A stretch of 64,000 bases of DNA, taken from the NCBI GenBank assembly GCA_965230295.1, contig OZ246001.1:2144001-2208000 (forward strand), in the 5' to 3' direction. The notes under the pieces are model-generated. The model was not told where the DNA came from, did not search any database, and was given only the letters and a program-made list of their open reading frames with translations. This stretch comes from Marinicella sp. (GTDB lineage Bacteria; Pseudomonadota; Gammaproteobacteria; Xanthomonadales; Marinicellaceae). The position numbers and the translations under genes were made by a program. Each line of letters begins with the position of its first letter. The first letter of the stretch is position 1. Shown here one piece after another: positions 63,310 through 64,000 of this stretch.

Positions 63310-64000
63310 ATGAGAAATATGAAACAAGTTAAATGGATGGTTGCGGTATTGATGATCGCAGTTTTACCATGGGGTGTTACATTGGCTCAGGAAACGTCAG
63401 CCTCGATCAACGGTACCATTGTTGATTCGAATGGCAATGTGTTGTCTGGTGCCACGGTAATCGTTACCCACGAGCCCACAGGTCAGGTTAAAACATTGAC
63501 CACTAATGACTCTGGTCGTTACTCTGCACGTGGTTTGCGTGTTGGTGGTCCTTACAACATTGAAGTCAGAAATTCTGGTTATTCTGATGCTGAAGAAAGT
63601 AATATTTTCATCAAATTGGGTGAAGACAGAAAACTCAATGCTGTTTTGGTTGAAGATGCCATAGCATTAGATACTGTGACCGCCGTAGGTGTCGCTGCTC
63701 AGTCTGCCACTTTCAATCCTGACAACATGGGATCAGGGTCTAGTTTTTCACAAGATCAAATTACCAACTTACCTACAGTTGATCGTGACATCAAAGACTA
63801 TGTCCGTTTGGATTCACGCGTTAACTTGAAAGATCAGGGCTTTGATAGGGAAGGTATTTCTGTGTCGGGGGTAAACAACAGATTCAATAACATATCCATT
63901 GATGGCGTTGCAATTGGCGATCCATTTGGTTTGGAAGCAGGTGGTTCTCCCGGTTTGTCACAACCATTTTCTTTAGACACCATTCAAGAATTGAATGTAC
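63310..64000 (+). CDS. Oar-type TonB-dependent receptor with an N-terminal carboxypeptidase-regulatory-like domain (truncated by the window end; not in the ORF track)
   Basis: My translation: MRNMKQVKWMVAVLMIAVLPWGVTLAQETSASINGTIVDSNGNVLSGATVIVTHEPTG...GRYSARGLRVGGPY...LPTVDRDIKDYVRLD...NNRFNNISIDGV. Confidence 0.88.
   Translation, partial: MRNMKQVKWMVAVLMIAVLPWGVTLAQETSASINGTIVDSNGNVLSGATVIVTHEPTGQVKTLTTNDSGRYSARGLRVGGPYNIEVRNSGYSDAEESNIFIKLGEDRKLNAVLVEDAIALDTVTAVGVAAQSATFNPDNMGSGSSFSQDQITNLPTVDRDIKDYVRLDSRVNLKDQGFDREGISVSGVNNRFNNISIDGVAIGDPFGLEAGGSPGLSQPFSLDTIQELNV

Overview
A 64 kb chromosomal window (roughly 43-45% GC by eye) from a probably marine gammaproteobacterium. The rpmE2-gltA adjacency, plant-type GshA, three-gene pnt, D-x-I-F-x-D-G C-terminal tail and GLWYDP-type domain suggest a Xanthomonadales-related lineage such as Marinicella; this is inference only. 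It is mostly housekeeping: rep, gltA, rsmJ, gshA, nhaB, pal-cpoB-queE-queC, paaZ, msrC, mscL, glnA, modABC, pyrG-kdsA-eno, a deoC-ALDH16-PNP-deoA salvage operon, tsaD, guanine deaminase, pntAA/AB/B, a PilS-like kinase, phoD and the start of an Oar-type TonB-dependent receptor. There is also an ECF sigma/anti-sigma/DUF4252 module with a visible autoregulatory promoter, a large hybrid sensor kinase and a 1502-aa secreted propeller protein. I see no tRNA, rRNA, CRISPR array, integrase or transposase. The most striking signal is non-coding. Three copies of a ~150-bp scaffold (23565-24196, 34884-35151, 56170-56384) carry different combinations of two smaller hairpin cassettes plugged into five fixed sites, in one case nested three levels deep. 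One cassette (Y) keeps a TYC/AYC internal loop while its stems covary. The other (X) carries paired CsrA-consensus-like GGA hairpins. The same cassettes recur in an unrelated 107-109 bp tandem array (33469-33838). A probable structured sRNA lies upstream of gshA.
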